64,000 nucleotides of DNA from an uncultured candidate division Zixibacteria bacterium (GTDB lineage: Bacteria > Zixibacteria > MSB-5A5 > UBA10806 > 4484-95). Where the stretch lies: assembly GCA_963668625.2 (NCBI GenBank), contig CAXXKA010000008.1:1216001-1280000 (forward strand). The letters run 5' to 3'. The translations under genes and the position numbers were made by a program. Below, piece by piece: positions 39,963 to 50,339 of this stretch. Numbering within the stretch: the stretch's first letter is position 1; each line of letters begins with the position of its first letter. A model generated the notes under the pieces. That model was not told the DNA's origin, searched no databases, and saw only the letters and a program-made list of their open reading frames with translations.

Positions 39963-42372
39963 CCAAGTTATCGTTGTCGGTGGAAAGCTTATAGAAATAC
40001 GCGCCACTGGCAATCAAATCGCCCGAATCGTTGGTGCCGTTCCAGACAATCGAATGTGTCCCGGCCTCCAGGTTATCTGAAACCAGGGTCTTGACTTTCT
40101 GACCGGTGATATTGAATACCTCAAGCGAAACCTCTCCGGTGTTAGCCAGCGCGAAATTAATTTCGGTATTGGCGTTAAACGGATTGGGGTAGTTCGAGCT
40201 GAGGCTGGTTACCGCCGGTATGGCGTTATTCTCATCATCCGCCGAAAGAATCAGGTGAACATTGATCGTATCGATATCGGGCAACATATCCTGGCCGACA
40301 GAGGTGACATAAATCTGGCCCGCCTCGGTCATGGAAAGCGGAACCTCGAATTCGCCGCTCTCATCAGTATACCCGCGATAGTAGAATTCACCCGGTTTCC
40401 AGACAGTAACCTTAGTGTTAGCGGCCGGGCTGGAACCGTTTTGCACCTCGACCGTGATGCCGGTCGTATCCAACTGTATATCGGAGGGCACGTTATTAAC
40501 CAACGGGGTCGGCTCGTATAACCACATGCTCAGTTCGGGATCGCCGAAAACGTTGTGACCATAACCGATATCCCTCTTGGTGGGATAATACAGTTTGGAC
40601 ATTGACTCGGCCACCGCCAACTGACGAGCGGTATCGGAATATACGTATTCGATGAATTTCTTCTCTAATTGGAACGAGGATGACACCCAGCCCCATCTGG
40701 TATTACCCAGAAAGGCTACGCCGCCCTTGTTCGGTAAGAACAGGTAAGCCTCCATGAACGAGTTATTCGAGATAAACGGGCCCGCCCAGAACACTTCCTG
40801 ATCGAAATCGTAGGCGGCCGTGTAACAGCTTATCGAATAATGTACGCCATACATCTGGTTATCCTCGATATTGACCAGGCCGCTTGTACCGTTACCGGTG
40901 TTGCAGGAATCACCGAAGAAATCGGAACGCGGGTTCTGGCCGTATCCGGAGGCCATCGCGGCATAGTAGTAAAAACCGCCATGGTTCAGGTTGGATACGA
41001 AACCCCAGCCCTCGCCCATGACATCGGCGATTTGCTCACCGGTAGGCTGAGTCGGGGTGGTTGCGCTGCCTGAGGGTTCCTCGGCAAGCCTGGAATAATC
41101 TAATTCGAAATGCTCCGGCATCAACTCGGCCAGCGCGGTATGTTCATTCAAATCTCTCATCTGATCGGCGGTTATGAACAGGCCTTTTTCGAGATACGAG
41201 AAATCGCCGTTATTGGGATTTTGTTCGTACATGAGTTGTTTGCCAACCCATATATCGACATCCTCAACGCTCTCGGCCGGAACGCGACCGACATAAACCT
41301 CGAGATAAGTATCGGGATCATCCTGACTGTATTCGCCCCAGATACCGTCGCCATCGGAGTCCCAGTCACCGGTCAAGTCCGCATAGTAAACATCGGTAAT
41401 TTGCTGATAACGTAATATAGGGGCAGTACTGACATTGCCCGGATAGGCGTATCTGATCGGGATAATTTCCTCATCGCCGCCTAAAAGTACCCACTGGGCA
41501 CCCGATGAATGAGCGTCCTTTAGATACTCCCTGAGTCTCTCGGCATCATCAATACCGCTATAACTTGCCAGAATATCCTCGATTAGAACTATCTCTGTTA
41601 AAATACCTTTCTGGTTTTTCCAAACGACGAAAGGATAAAAAGCTGAGGCCAACTCGCCGGAGGTTATAACCAGATACTCCGCGCCAAGACCCATAACAGC
41701 ATCACCGGGCACCGGGCCGAAACCGCTTGTCACGACCGGGTTGTCAACCGGCAAATCCTCGGGGTTTTCCACGACGCCGCCAAGTAAGGCGTTTCCGTGA
41801 TTAGCTTTACTCGAGATCGGTAAATTGTTATTATCGAGGTTCAATTTAATATTGATATCTCTAATCATCATAACCTGGCCATCCGCGGGACGATATTGTA
41901 TCGGATAAACCGCGATTGAGGCCAAATGTTGCGAGCCCATATAACCACTGTTTATTATTTCGGCATATTGGCCGGGCAAAAGACTATTAGACGAATAAAC
42001 ATCAGCGTTCTTGGATGCCGGTTGATACTGTTCGTCGATATCTGTTTTAATATCGCCCTCAAACCAGGGAATCTCCACTCCGCCGGCGAGATTGATAATC
42101 CCGGCGCCGTTTGCCTCGATCGATGCTACTTTAGTGCCGGTCGGCAACGCCAGGGTAATAACTTTATAAGGAATCTCAGGCGATCCCTCAATATCCAGGT
42201 AGTTTTCACCATCAAGGCTGTACTTAATCCCTTGATTAGTATTAATGGTGTTAATCTCCGTAATATCAGTATTAACCTGATATTCGAATATTTGATCAGA
42301 TGCAACAGCCAATGTTAAGCTATTGATAATGATAAAGATAATTATCATACTGATGTTAGTTAGGTTCTTCAT
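39937..42372 (-). CDS. Gingipain-like peptidase C25 with propeptide and T9SS/FlgD-type C-terminal domain
   Basis: Signal peptide, G.PEIP propeptide, YLVIT, WK.QKG, VLLGGD, D.YY, VGRVP, catalytic NHGG (His) and ISC (Cys), FGDPEL, SNYPNPFNA...KKMVLLK. Confidence 0.88.
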   Translation of the reverse strand: MKNLTNISMIIIFIIINSLTLAVASDQIFEYQVNTDITEINTINTNQGIKYSLDGENYLDIEGSPEIPYKVITLALPTGTKVASIEANGAGIINLAGGVEIPWFEGDIKTDIDEQYQPASKNADVYSSNSLLPGQYAEIINSGYMGSQHLASIAVYPIQYRPADGQVMMIRDINIKLNLDNNNLPISSKANHGNALLGGVVENPEDLPVDNPVVTSGFGPVPGDAVMGLGAEYLVITSGELASAFYPFVVWKNQKGILTEIVLIEDILASYSGIDDAERLREYLKDAHSSGAQWVLLGGDEEIIPIRYAYPGNVSTAPILRYQQITDVYYADLTGDWDSDGDGIWGEYSQDDPDTYLEVYVGRVPAESVEDVDIWVGKQLMYEQNPNNGDFSYLEKGLFITADQMRDLNEHTALAELMPEHFELDYSRLAEEPSGSATTPTQPTGEQIADVMGEGWGFVSNLNHGGFYYYAAMASGYGQNPRSDFFGDSCNTGNGTSGLVNIEDNQMYGVHYSISCYTAAYDFDQEVFWAGPFISNNSFMEAYLFLPNKGGVAFLGNTRWGWVSSSFQLEKKFIEYVYSDTARQLAVAESMSKLYYPTKRDIGYGHNVFGDPELSMWLYEPTPLVNNVPSDIQLDTTGITVEVQNGSSPAANTKVTVWKPGEFYYRGYTDESGEFEVPLSMTEAGQIYVTSVGQDMLPDIDTINVHLILSADDENNAIPAVTSLSSNYPNPFNANTEINFALANTGEVSLEVFNITGQKVKTLVSDNLEAGTHSIVWNGTNDSGDLIASGAYFYKLSTDNDNLVKKMVLLK

Positions 42373-42427
42373 GGTTTCCCCTCCAAAGCTATTTTTATTT
42401 TATTTCCGTATTCTTGACAGTCATTAA

Positions 42428-42443
42428 AGCAAAGGGGATACCA
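42428..42443 (-). promoter_or_regulatory. Sigma54 (-24/-12) promoter upstream of the C25 gene
   Basis: Minus strand TGGTAT-CCCCT-TTGCT with exact GG-N10-GC spacing, 56 nt upstream of the ATG. Confidence 0.6.
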
Positions 42444-42633
42444 ACAGGAAACCAACCAGCAACGAAAATGAAACACTATAGTAAGATTATATTTTATAGG
42501 CGGTTACAGGGAGCTCTAATGATGCTGCCGAAATGGGAATCAACAAAAGTTTACAAAAGTATGGGGGCAATCCAATAATCATCGCTGTAGTCCTATATGT
42601 CTTAAAGGACTATAGCTTACGATAAGTTTTTCC

Positions 42634-42678
42634 TTGACAAATGGTGGGTATAAAAGTAGTTTTGTGGGAGATTGTGGG
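42634..42678 (+). promoter_or_regulatory. dcw (mra) promoter with MraZ-binding boxes
   Basis: TTGACA(42634)-17 nt-TAGTTT(42657). GTGGG repeats at 42644, 42664 and 42674 in 10-bp phase. Confidence 0.75.
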
Positions 42679-42698
42679 TTAAAAAGGAGAATTCTTAC

Positions 42699-43133
42699 TT
42701 GGCAGGGTTTAAAGGTTCATTTCAGCATTCGGTCGATCAAAAAGGCCGTATCAACATACCGGCTAAGTTTCGGAAAGCGCCGGGAACGGCTGAAAGTTAT
42801 GTCATAACCCGTGGTCTCAATTCGTGCCTGTATGTTTATCCCTCCGAGGAGTGGGATAAAGTGGAGGAAAAGCTGCGTTCTCTGGCTCAAAACGATCCGA
42901 ACGCCTTGTATTACCTTCGCGCTACATTGGCCAACGCCGCTGATGTTCAAGTCGACAAACAGGGACGGATTAACCTGCCGCCTAAACTTATCAAATTAGC
43001 CGGATTAAGTAAAGAGGTTTTAATCAACGGGGCGCTGGATAAGATGGAGATCTGGTCGCCGGAGGCTTTTGAAAAATATATAGAGGAAAACCAGGAATCT
43101 TATGAGGAGGTCGCCAGAAAAACGCTCCTCTGA
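42699..43133 (+). CDS. mraZ: Transcriptional regulator MraZ
   Basis: Two D.KGR/DKQGR motifs, GL..CL.VY, EIW. TTG start 9 nt after SD aggag. Confidence 0.95.
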   Translation: MAGFKGSFQHSVDQKGRINIPAKFRKAPGTAESYVITRGLNSCLYVYPSEEWDKVEEKLRSLAQNDPNALYYLRATLANAADVQVDKQGRINLPPKLIKLAGLSKEVLINGALDKMEIWSPEAFEKYIEENQESYEEVARKTLL

Positions 43134-44058
43134 GGCGTTACATATTCCGGTATTGTTGGATGAAGTAGTAGATATTATCGGTGGATGCCCTGAAGGAGTG
43201 GTGCTTGATGGAACGGTTGGCGCAGGCGGTCACCTAAAAGCAATTTATGGGGCATACGGCGAAAAGTATCAATACTATGGCTTCGATCTTGACAACGAAA
43301 TTTTAAATAAAACTCGGACGCTCTTTTCTGAATGCGGTTATGAGGCCGAGTTTATCAATGCGAATTATAAAAAAATAGTCTGGTATCTTCAAAGGAGGGG
43401 GATAAAGAGTATCAGCGCTTTTTTATTAGACCTTGGTATAGGGTCTTTTCAAATCGATAACCCGTCCCGGGGATTTTCCTATTTGCAGGATGGCCCGTTA
43501 TCGATGGCGTTTGATGGTTCGGACTCCCTGGCAGCGTCAAAGATGATAGATAGTTTTAGCGAGAAAGAGTTACGGGATGTTCTATACGAATATGGTGAGG
43601 AGCCGAAAGCGCGCGCCATCGCCAGGGCAATAAAGGACTACCCCGAAACGATAGATACCACCGAGCGGCTTGCCTCGGTTATCCAGTCCGTAGTGGGCGA
43701 GAGGAATTTTATCAAAACAGCCGCGAGGGTTTTTCAGGCATTAAGAATAAAAGTCAACAGTGAATTTCACAACCTTGAAGAGGGCCTGGACAAATTACTG
43801 CCGAAAGTAGCCCCCGGCGGCCGGGCCCTCATTATTACGTATCACTCGTTGGAGGATCACCTGGTAAAACGAATGGTCAAGAAATTTACCGGTAAATGTA
43901 TTTGTCCTCCCAGGCTTCCGGAATGCAGATGCGGTAAGGAAAAGCTTTTCAAGGTAATAACATCAAAACCGATTTTACCGTCACGGGATGAAATAAGGAA
44001 CAACCCGCGGGCCCGGTCCGCGAAACTGAGGGTGGTAGAGAGACTTGCCCAGACGTAG
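43102..44058 (+). CDS. rsmH: 16S rRNA m4C1402 methyltransferase
   Basis: HIPVLL, DGTVGAGGH, DLG..S.Q, RGFS, YGEE, FQALRI.VN, YHSLED, NPRARSAKLR. The start codon is uncertain. Confidence 0.96.
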   Translation: MRRSPEKRSSEALHIPVLLDEVVDIIGGCPEGVVLDGTVGAGGHLKAIYGAYGEKYQYYGFDLDNEILNKTRTLFSECGYEAEFINANYKKIVWYLQRRGIKSISAFLLDLGIGSFQIDNPSRGFSYLQDGPLSMAFDGSDSLAASKMIDSFSEKELRDVLYEYGEEPKARAIARAIKDYPETIDTTERLASVIQSVVGERNFIKTAARVFQALRIKVNSEFHNLEEGLDKLLPKVAPGGRALIITYHSLEDHLVKRMVKKFTGKCICPPRLPECRCGKEKLFKVITSKPILPSRDEIRNNPRARSAKLRVVERLAQT

Positions 44059-44419
44059 TAGAAAGAAAAAAGAAAGTAAAAGCAAGATGTTCACCGTAAT
44101 CGCTTTTATCTTTTTGCTGGCGGTTCTCTGGGTATGGAAGTCGATCGAGGCGCATAAGTTATCACGAGAGTTAACTGAATTGGAAAGCGCGAGAGTGGAA
44201 CTGGTGGAAAACAATAAACATCTTAATGCCGAATTATCCCGCTTGCGTTCGATAGCCTGGGTGGATAGCTGTGTGCGTTTCAAATATGGAATGACATACG
44301 AGGTTAAAGAGCGAATGGTGCTTTTCGATAAAGGCCAGGTCAGGAATAGAGTAAATCGTAATATGTTCGCCAATAGTGTCAGTAAGTTAATCGATTGGGT
44401 TAAAAAAGTATTAGAGTAG
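44045..44419 (+). CDS. ftsL: Cell division protein FtsL-like
   Basis: Basic N-tail, single TM, coiled coil. Located between rsmH and ftsI. Confidence 0.75.
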   Translation: MPRRSRKKKESKSKMFTVIAFIFLLAVLWVWKSIEAHKLSRELTELESARVELVENNKHLNAELSRLRSIAWVDSCVRFKYGMTYEVKERMVLFDKGQVRNRVNRNMFANSVSKLIDWVKKVLE

Positions 44420-44421
44420 TT

Positions 44422-46380
44422 ATGACAGTATCATTAAAATCGAAAATAAACGCGAAGATTAATTTGATAAGGATTATCCTGGGTGTAATCATGCTGGTGT
44501 TCGTTGCCCGCCTGGTATGGCTTCAAGTGATAGCCCGCGATAAATTTTTAGCCGCCGCCGAAAGACAGCAGAATCATATCATAGAGGTACAGGCCGAGCG
44601 CGGTAAAATCTATGACCGTAACATGCGTGTGCTGGCCGAGGATATCGATTCGTATACTTATTACCTGGTTCCCGAACGGATCAGTAATAAAAGAGCGGTA
44701 GCCAATAAGCTTGCCAGGATAACCGGCAAATCGGGATGGTTGGCAAAATTCAAAAGACATCCACGGTTTTTGTATATAGAGCGCAAGACGACCCGCGAGA
44801 TGGAGAGCAAGCTCGAAAGCTCGGGAATCAAAGAACTGGCTAAATTCGTTGAGCCGAGACGAGTGTACCCAAACGGTAAGCTTGCCCTGGCCGTATTGGG
44901 TAGAGTGGATATCGACAATAAAGGCCTTTCGGGTCTGGAGATTCAGTACGATAAGTACCTTTCGGGCTGCAATGGTAAAACCATGTTAAAACGCGATGGC
45001 CTCGGTCATTGTTATAACTTCAATCAACAGCCGGTAATCGCACCCGATCCAGGATCGGATATTGTAACCACCATCGATTTGAACCTTCAGCAGATAGTGG
45101 AACAGGAGATGGTTCAGGCTATGAAAGATAACGATGCCGTAAGTGGAATAGGGCTTTTCCTAAAAGCCGGCACCGGCGAGATACTTGCCTGCGCCGTTTT
45201 GGACAGCCTCGGCAAACCGGCCACGCGCAATCGCGCTATCGCCGACCAGTATGAGCCGGGCTCCACATTCAAGCTAATAACCACGGCCCAGGCGATATCG
45301 AGCGGTTTATTCGAACCCGATGACAAGATATACGTAGAAGAAGGTAAGTTCCGGATTGGCAGACGAACTATACGCGATGATCATGAATTCGATACCCTTA
45401 CGGTCGAGGAGTCATTGGTGTTTTCCTCTAATATAGCGCATTCCAAAATGGCGTTGGCCCTGGGTGACGAGGTATTGTTCAAGGCTATCAAAGAAGCGGG
45501 TTTTATCGAAAAACTGGGCATCGATTTCCCGGCTGAGGCGCCCGGATATATGACCTCGCCCTCATGGCGAGAGCATTACCTGGCCAACTTGAGTTTCGGG
45601 CACGGAATTTCGACCTCGACTCTCCAGATTGCCTCGCTATATGGCGCGGTGGCCTCTAACGGCTACCTTTACAAGCCGTACTTTACCAGCGAGATGATTT
45701 CTCCCGATGGCTCTCGTTCGGTGGTTGGCAGAAGTTGTAAGATCAGAAAATTATACGATACGAATATTCAAGAGTTGTTGAAACGAATGCTGCGCGAGGT
45801 GGTCGAGGTGGGGACGGCCACGAAAGCCATTTCGCGGATGGTAAGTATTTCCGGTAAAACAGGTACCGCTTTGAAAGTTCGCGAGGACGGGCGCGGATAC
45901 GATCATCGTAAAGCCCGGGCCTCGTTCGTGGGATATTTCCCCTCGGATAATCCGATGGTGGTTGGCATTATCATGTTCGATGAGCCGAAGAACTCCCGCT
46001 ACGGAGGCGAGACGGCCGCACCGGTATTCCGGAGTATCGCCGAAAGGTATTACTCGTTGCCTGAATTCATGGCCGGCCGCTATGTCGATAACACTAACTA
46101 TGTCGAACCGGAGCCGAACGCCTCTTACGCCTCGGCGGGGCAAACCGATGAATACGCACGGGTGATGGAGACAATCGAGCCGTATCACGAACTAAACGAA
46201 AAACCGGATGAGATGCCGAACTTTAAAGGCTTGACTGTCAGGCAGGCAATCAGGCTGGCCTCGATGGTGGGAGTCGAGTTCAAGATAGAGGGCTCAGGGA
46301 TCGTGGAAAGCCAATCGCCGAGGGCAGGCGCTAAATTGGATGATATAAAGATTCTCAACTTAAGGTGCGATGTTAAATGA
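44422..46380 (+). CDS. ftsI: Class B penicillin-binding protein (PBP3) with a PASTA domain
   Basis: RGKIYDRN, R.YP.G, GLE, EPGSTFK (SxxK), SSN, KTGTA, C-terminal PASTA domain. Confidence 0.93.
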   Translation: MTVSLKSKINAKINLIRIILGVIMLVFVARLVWLQVIARDKFLAAAERQQNHIIEVQAERGKIYDRNMRVLAEDIDSYTYYLVPERISNKRAVANKLARITGKSGWLAKFKRHPRFLYIERKTTREMESKLESSGIKELAKFVEPRRVYPNGKLALAVLGRVDIDNKGLSGLEIQYDKYLSGCNGKTMLKRDGLGHCYNFNQQPVIAPDPGSDIVTTIDLNLQQIVEQEMVQAMKDNDAVSGIGLFLKAGTGEILACAVLDSLGKPATRNRAIADQYEPGSTFKLITTAQAISSGLFEPDDKIYVEEGKFRIGRRTIRDDHEFDTLTVEESLVFSSNIAHSKMALALGDEVLFKAIKEAGFIEKLGIDFPAEAPGYMTSPSWREHYLANLSFGHGISTSTLQIASLYGAVASNGYLYKPYFTSEMISPDGSRSVVGRSCKIRKLYDTNIQELLKRMLREVVEVGTATKAISRMVSISGKTGTALKVREDGRGYDHRKARASFVGYFPSDNPMVVGIIMFDEPKNSRYGGETAAPVFRSIAERYYSLPEFMAGRYVDNTNYVEPEPNASYASAGQTDEYARVMETIEPYHELNEKPDEMPNFKGLTVRQAIRLASMVGVEFKIEGSGIVESQSPRAGAKLDDIKILNLRCDVK

Positions 46381-47903
46381 ACCTTGCTATTAATGATGAT
46401 ACCATGGATTCGATTTATAAGAAACCTTTAAGGGATATCCTGGAGGGATTGGATTGCGATATCTTCGGGGACGTTGACGATATCCTCATAACCGATCTTT
46501 CCAATGATTCGCGTCAGGCCAAACCCGGTGATTTGTTCGTTGCCGTTCCGGGATTCAAATTCGACGGCGCCAAGTTTATCCCGGAGGCCGCCTCGATGGG
46601 CGCGGTTGCTATCGTGACCAAGAAGAAAATTAAAGGCCTGGAGCATATGCCGCTAATAGTTTGCAAGGATGTTCGCAAGGTCATGTCACGTATAGGTTCG
46701 CGTTTTTTCAATCAGCCTTCGCGTAATCTCGATATTATAGGAATAACGGGCACAAACGGCAAAACTACCGTGACATACATGATATCTCATTTGATGAGCG
46801 CACTGGGTAAGTCGTATGGTAAAATCGGCACGGTTGAATATTACACCGGCAAGCGTACGATCCAGGCGATCAACACCACTCCCGATACTATCGAGATTCA
46901 TCGCATGCTGGCCGAGATGGTCGAATGCAAGCTTGATGGCTGTGTGATGGAGGTATCCTCGCATGGGTTGGACCAAAACCGTTGTAACGATATCGAATAC
47001 GCGGCGGCGGTGTTTACCAACCTGACCCAGGATCATCTGGATTATCATAAAGATTTCGAAAACTATTTCGCGGCTAAAGCGATATTGTTCGAGAAATTGT
47101 TAAAACGTGATGGCGTTGCGGTATTGAATGCCAACGATCCCTATGCTGAACGTTTGAATAAATTGACGGCGGCGAAAACAATCACGTATTCGGCGATAAT
47201 AAACGGTTCACAAACAAATGATGCCGATATCGTGCTTATCGATAAAGGCTATGAAAATAATAACCGTCACTACGAACTTAAATATAATGACCAAACGCTG
47301 GTCGGCAGTATACCCCATCTCGGTAAATTCAACCTGATAAATACCGCCGCGGCCATAGCTACCGTCACCGGTTTGGGGTACGATATCACGGAGGCGGTCG
47401 AGGCGATGAAGCGTGCACCGCAGGTACCTGGTAGAGCCGAGAAAATCGTAGCGGGCCAACCGTTCGAGGTGATTATCGATTACGCTCATACGCCGGATGC
47501 GCTGGAAAATCTGCTTACAGGCGTAGATAGCAAAGGCCGTAAAATCATAGTGTTCGGTTGTGGTGGTGATCGGGACAAGACCAAGCGGCCGATTATGGGA
47601 CAGGTTGCGGCCAAGTACGCCGACAGGTTATTCGTCACCTCGGATAATCCGCGCACCGAGGATCCCCATAAAATCATAGAGGATATGTTGCCCGGGATTC
47701 CCACCGGTGTTGATTATGATGTAATAGAGAAACGCGATGAGGCAATCGTGAAGGCGCTTATGGTCGCCGAGCCTGATGATTTGGTAATTATCGCCGGTAA
47801 AGGTCACGAGGACTACCAGGTGATCGGTAATACCCGTCACTATTTCTCCGATCCACAGGTAGTCTTGAGCAGTTTGAAAAAATTAGGTTATGCTGGTAAC
47901 TGA
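46377..47903 (+). CDS. murE: UDP-MurNAc-tripeptide synthetase (meso-DAP type)
   Basis: [52 protein letters not shown]. Confidence 0.97.
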   Translation: MNLAINDDTMDSIYKKPLRDILEGLDCDIFGDVDDILITDLSNDSRQAKPGDLFVAVPGFKFDGAKFIPEAASMGAVAIVTKKKIKGLEHMPLIVCKDVRKVMSRIGSRFFNQPSRNLDIIGITGTNGKTTVTYMISHLMSALGKSYGKIGTVEYYTGKRTIQAINTTPDTIEIHRMLAEMVECKLDGCVMEVSSHGLDQNRCNDIEYAAAVFTNLTQDHLDYHKDFENYFAAKAILFEKLLKRDGVAVLNANDPYAERLNKLTAAKTITYSAIINGSQTNDADIVLIDKGYENNNRHYELKYNDQTLVGSIPHLGKFNLINTAAAIATVTGLGYDITEAVEAMKRAPQVPGRAEKIVAGQPFEVIIDYAHTPDALENLLTGVDSKGRKIIVFGCGGDRDKTKRPIMGQVAAKYADRLFVTSDNPRTEDPHKIIEDMLPGIPTGVDYDVIEKRDEAIVKALMVAEPDDLVIIAGKGHEDYQVIGNTRHYFSDPQVVLSSLKKLGYAGN

Positions 47904-49254
47904 GAAGATGAAATTCGATTACGATGATATCGTTAAAGCTCTGAACGCGGAGTCCGTAGCGGCGTTATGTCCGCCCGGGTTTGCCGGTGTATCCACCGAC
48001 AGCCGTACGATTAAAAGTGGCGAGTTGTTTTTCGCTATAGTTGGTGAAAATTTCGACGGTCATGAATTTATTGATGCCGCAATTACCAACGGCGCGGAAG
48101 GGGTAGTGGTCAGTAACGATTATAATACATCCGATGCCGCTGTTTTTAAGGTTAGCGATACGACCCGCGCTCTGGGCGATTTGGCCTCCTATGTGCGAGA
48201 TCAGCACGATATCAAATGTGCTGCAATCACCGGCTCCAACGGCAAAACCACCACCAAAGAGCTGTTTTGGGCTTGTATGAACGTTCGGTTCAATACATTC
48301 AAAACGCTGGGCAATTTCAATAATCTTTACGGCTTGCCTTTATCGATATTCGAACTCGATAAATCGCATGAGGCGGCGGTGTTCGAAATCGGTATGAATA
48401 CTTTCGGCGAGATAGATAGGCTGGCCGAGATCTGCAAACCACAGGTGGGCGTGTTCACCAATGTAGGCGCGGTTCACCTGGAGCATCTCGGATCGATAGA
48501 GGCGGTGGCCAAGGCCAAATTCGAGTTGATAAACCGTCTGCCGCAAAGTGGCGTGGCCGTTCTTAACGCCGATGACCCCATACTCGCCGGCTGGATCGGT
48601 AAATTAAATCAGCGGGTTATCACCTATGGTATTAATAGTGATGCCGATTATAACGTGGAATCTTATGCTTTCAAAGGCGACGGCGTAAGCGAATTCGTTT
48701 TAAACGGTATCAAATATAAAATTAATTTCTATGGCAAACATAATATTTATAACGCGGCCTGTGCGATTGCCGGAGCCTCGGCGTTCGGGATCAAGGCCGA
48801 AGAATTACCCGGCTCTCTCGCAAGCGTAAAACCGTATAACCTGCGATCCGAAATTGTGAATATAAACGATATCACGCTTATAAACGATTGCTACAATGCC
48901 AATCCCGTCTCTATGCGGGCCGCTATCGATACATTGTCGGAATACCCGGTAAACGGTAGGCGAGTGGCGGTGCTGGGAGATATGCTTGAGCTTGGCAAAG
49001 ATGAAATAAAATATCACGAAGGGATCGGCGAGTATTTATCCCGAAAACGTATTGATGCATTATTCGCTACCGGAAATCTCGGTAAGCATTTTCTGAATAA
49101 TTTCAAGGGCGAATTTAAAGCCCATTATGATAATAAAGATGAAATGATTCCCGAATTGAAATCGTACTTGAAACCAGGCGATTGTGTATTGATAAAAGGC
49201 TCGCGCCGCATCGCCCTCGAACGTATAACCGAGCAACTACGGAAAGGCATCTGA
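47890..49254 (+). CDS. murF: UDP-MurNAc-tripeptide--D-Ala-D-Ala ligase
   Basis: [40 protein letters not shown]. Confidence 0.96.
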   Translation: MLVTEKMKFDYDDIVKALNAESVAALCPPGFAGVSTDSRTIKSGELFFAIVGENFDGHEFIDAAITNGAEGVVVSNDYNTSDAAVFKVSDTTRALGDLASYVRDQHDIKCAAITGSNGKTTTKELFWACMNVRFNTFKTLGNFNNLYGLPLSIFELDKSHEAAVFEIGMNTFGEIDRLAEICKPQVGVFTNVGAVHLEHLGSIEAVAKAKFELINRLPQSGVAVLNADDPILAGWIGKLNQRVITYGINSDADYNVESYAFKGDGVSEFVLNGIKYKINFYGKHNIYNAACAIAGASAFGIKAEELPGSLASVKPYNLRSEIVNINDITLINDCYNANPVSMRAAIDTLSEYPVNGRRVAVLGDMLELGKDEIKYHEGIGEYLSRKRIDALFATGNLGKHFLNNFKGEFKAHYDNKDEMIPELKSYLKPGDCVLIKGSRRIALERITEQLRKGI

Positions 49255-50339
49255 TGTTATACCATCTGTTGTTCCCATTAAGCAAAGCTATAAGCGGGTT
49301 TAACCTGTTTCAGTATATCACGTTCAGGACCGCCTACGCTACAGTCACGGCGATGCTCATCAGTTTCATATTCGGTTCGGTGTTCATACAATTCTTGAAA
49401 CGAAAGCAGATCAAAGAGGAAATACGCGAGGACGGGCCTAAGACTCATCTCTCGAAAAAGGGTACCCCCACGATGGGTGGCCTGTTAATCATTATCTCGA
49501 TAATAGTGCCGACCCTGCTCTGGGCGGACCTGACTAATATAAATATCCACTTGATGCTGCTCGTTACCGTATGGATGGGGCTGATCGGCTACATGGATGA
49601 TTACCTGAAAGCCATAAAACATCAGAAGAAGGGCGTGGTAGCCAAGAAGAAATTCGCGGGCCAGATAGCGCTGGGCTTGATACTCGGTTCGATATTGTAT
49701 TTCTATCCACCCGATCCGAATTTCAGTACGGCCACCGAGATACCGTTCGTGAAAGATGTTTATCTCGATTTCGGCATACTCTACATTCCGTTCGTGGTGA
49801 TAGTAATAACCGGCGCATCCAATGCGGTAAATTTAACCGATGGTCTCGATGGACTGGCTATCGGGCTGGTTGGTATCTGTGCGGTGAGTTTCGCTGCATT
49901 GTGTTACGTAACGGGCCGTGTCGATTTCAGTTCGTATCTGAATATCGAATATTTCAAACACGCCGGCGAGCTAACGATATTTTGCGGGGCGTTGGTCGGT
50001 GCCTGTCTTGGTTTTCTCTGGTACAACGGCAACCCGGCGCAAATTTTCATGGGGGATACCGGCGCCCTGGCGTTAGGTGGAATTCTCGGCGCGCTGGCTC
50101 TTCTGATAAAAAAAGAGATACTACTAATAATCATGGGCGGAGTTTTCGTGATCACCGCGCTTTCGGTGATAATACAGGTTCTATCATATAAGCTAACCGG
50201 TAAACGCGTATTCAAGATGGCGCCGTTGCATCACCATTTCGAGCTTTCGGGCTGGCCGGAGCAAAAAGTAACGATAAGATTCTGGATACTGGGAATAATT
50301 TTCGCGCTTATAAGCGTTAGTACGTTGAAAATAAGATGA
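49254..50339 (+). CDS. mraY: Phospho-N-acetylmuramoyl-pentapeptide transferase
   Basis: KKGTPTMGG, DDYLK, NAVNLTDGLDGLA, FMGDTG, MAPLHHHFE. Start at the TGATG overlap (MLYHL). Confidence 0.97.
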   Translation: MLYHLLFPLSKAISGFNLFQYITFRTAYATVTAMLISFIFGSVFIQFLKRKQIKEEIREDGPKTHLSKKGTPTMGGLLIIISIIVPTLLWADLTNINIHLMLLVTVWMGLIGYMDDYLKAIKHQKKGVVAKKKFAGQIALGLILGSILYFYPPDPNFSTATEIPFVKDVYLDFGILYIPFVVIVITGASNAVNLTDGLDGLAIGLVGICAVSFAALCYVTGRVDFSSYLNIEYFKHAGELTIFCGALVGACLGFLWYNGNPAQIFMGDTGALALGGILGALALLIKKEILLIIMGGVFVITALSVIIQVLSYKLTGKRVFKMAPLHHHFELSGWPEQKVTIRFWILGIIFALISVSTLKIR

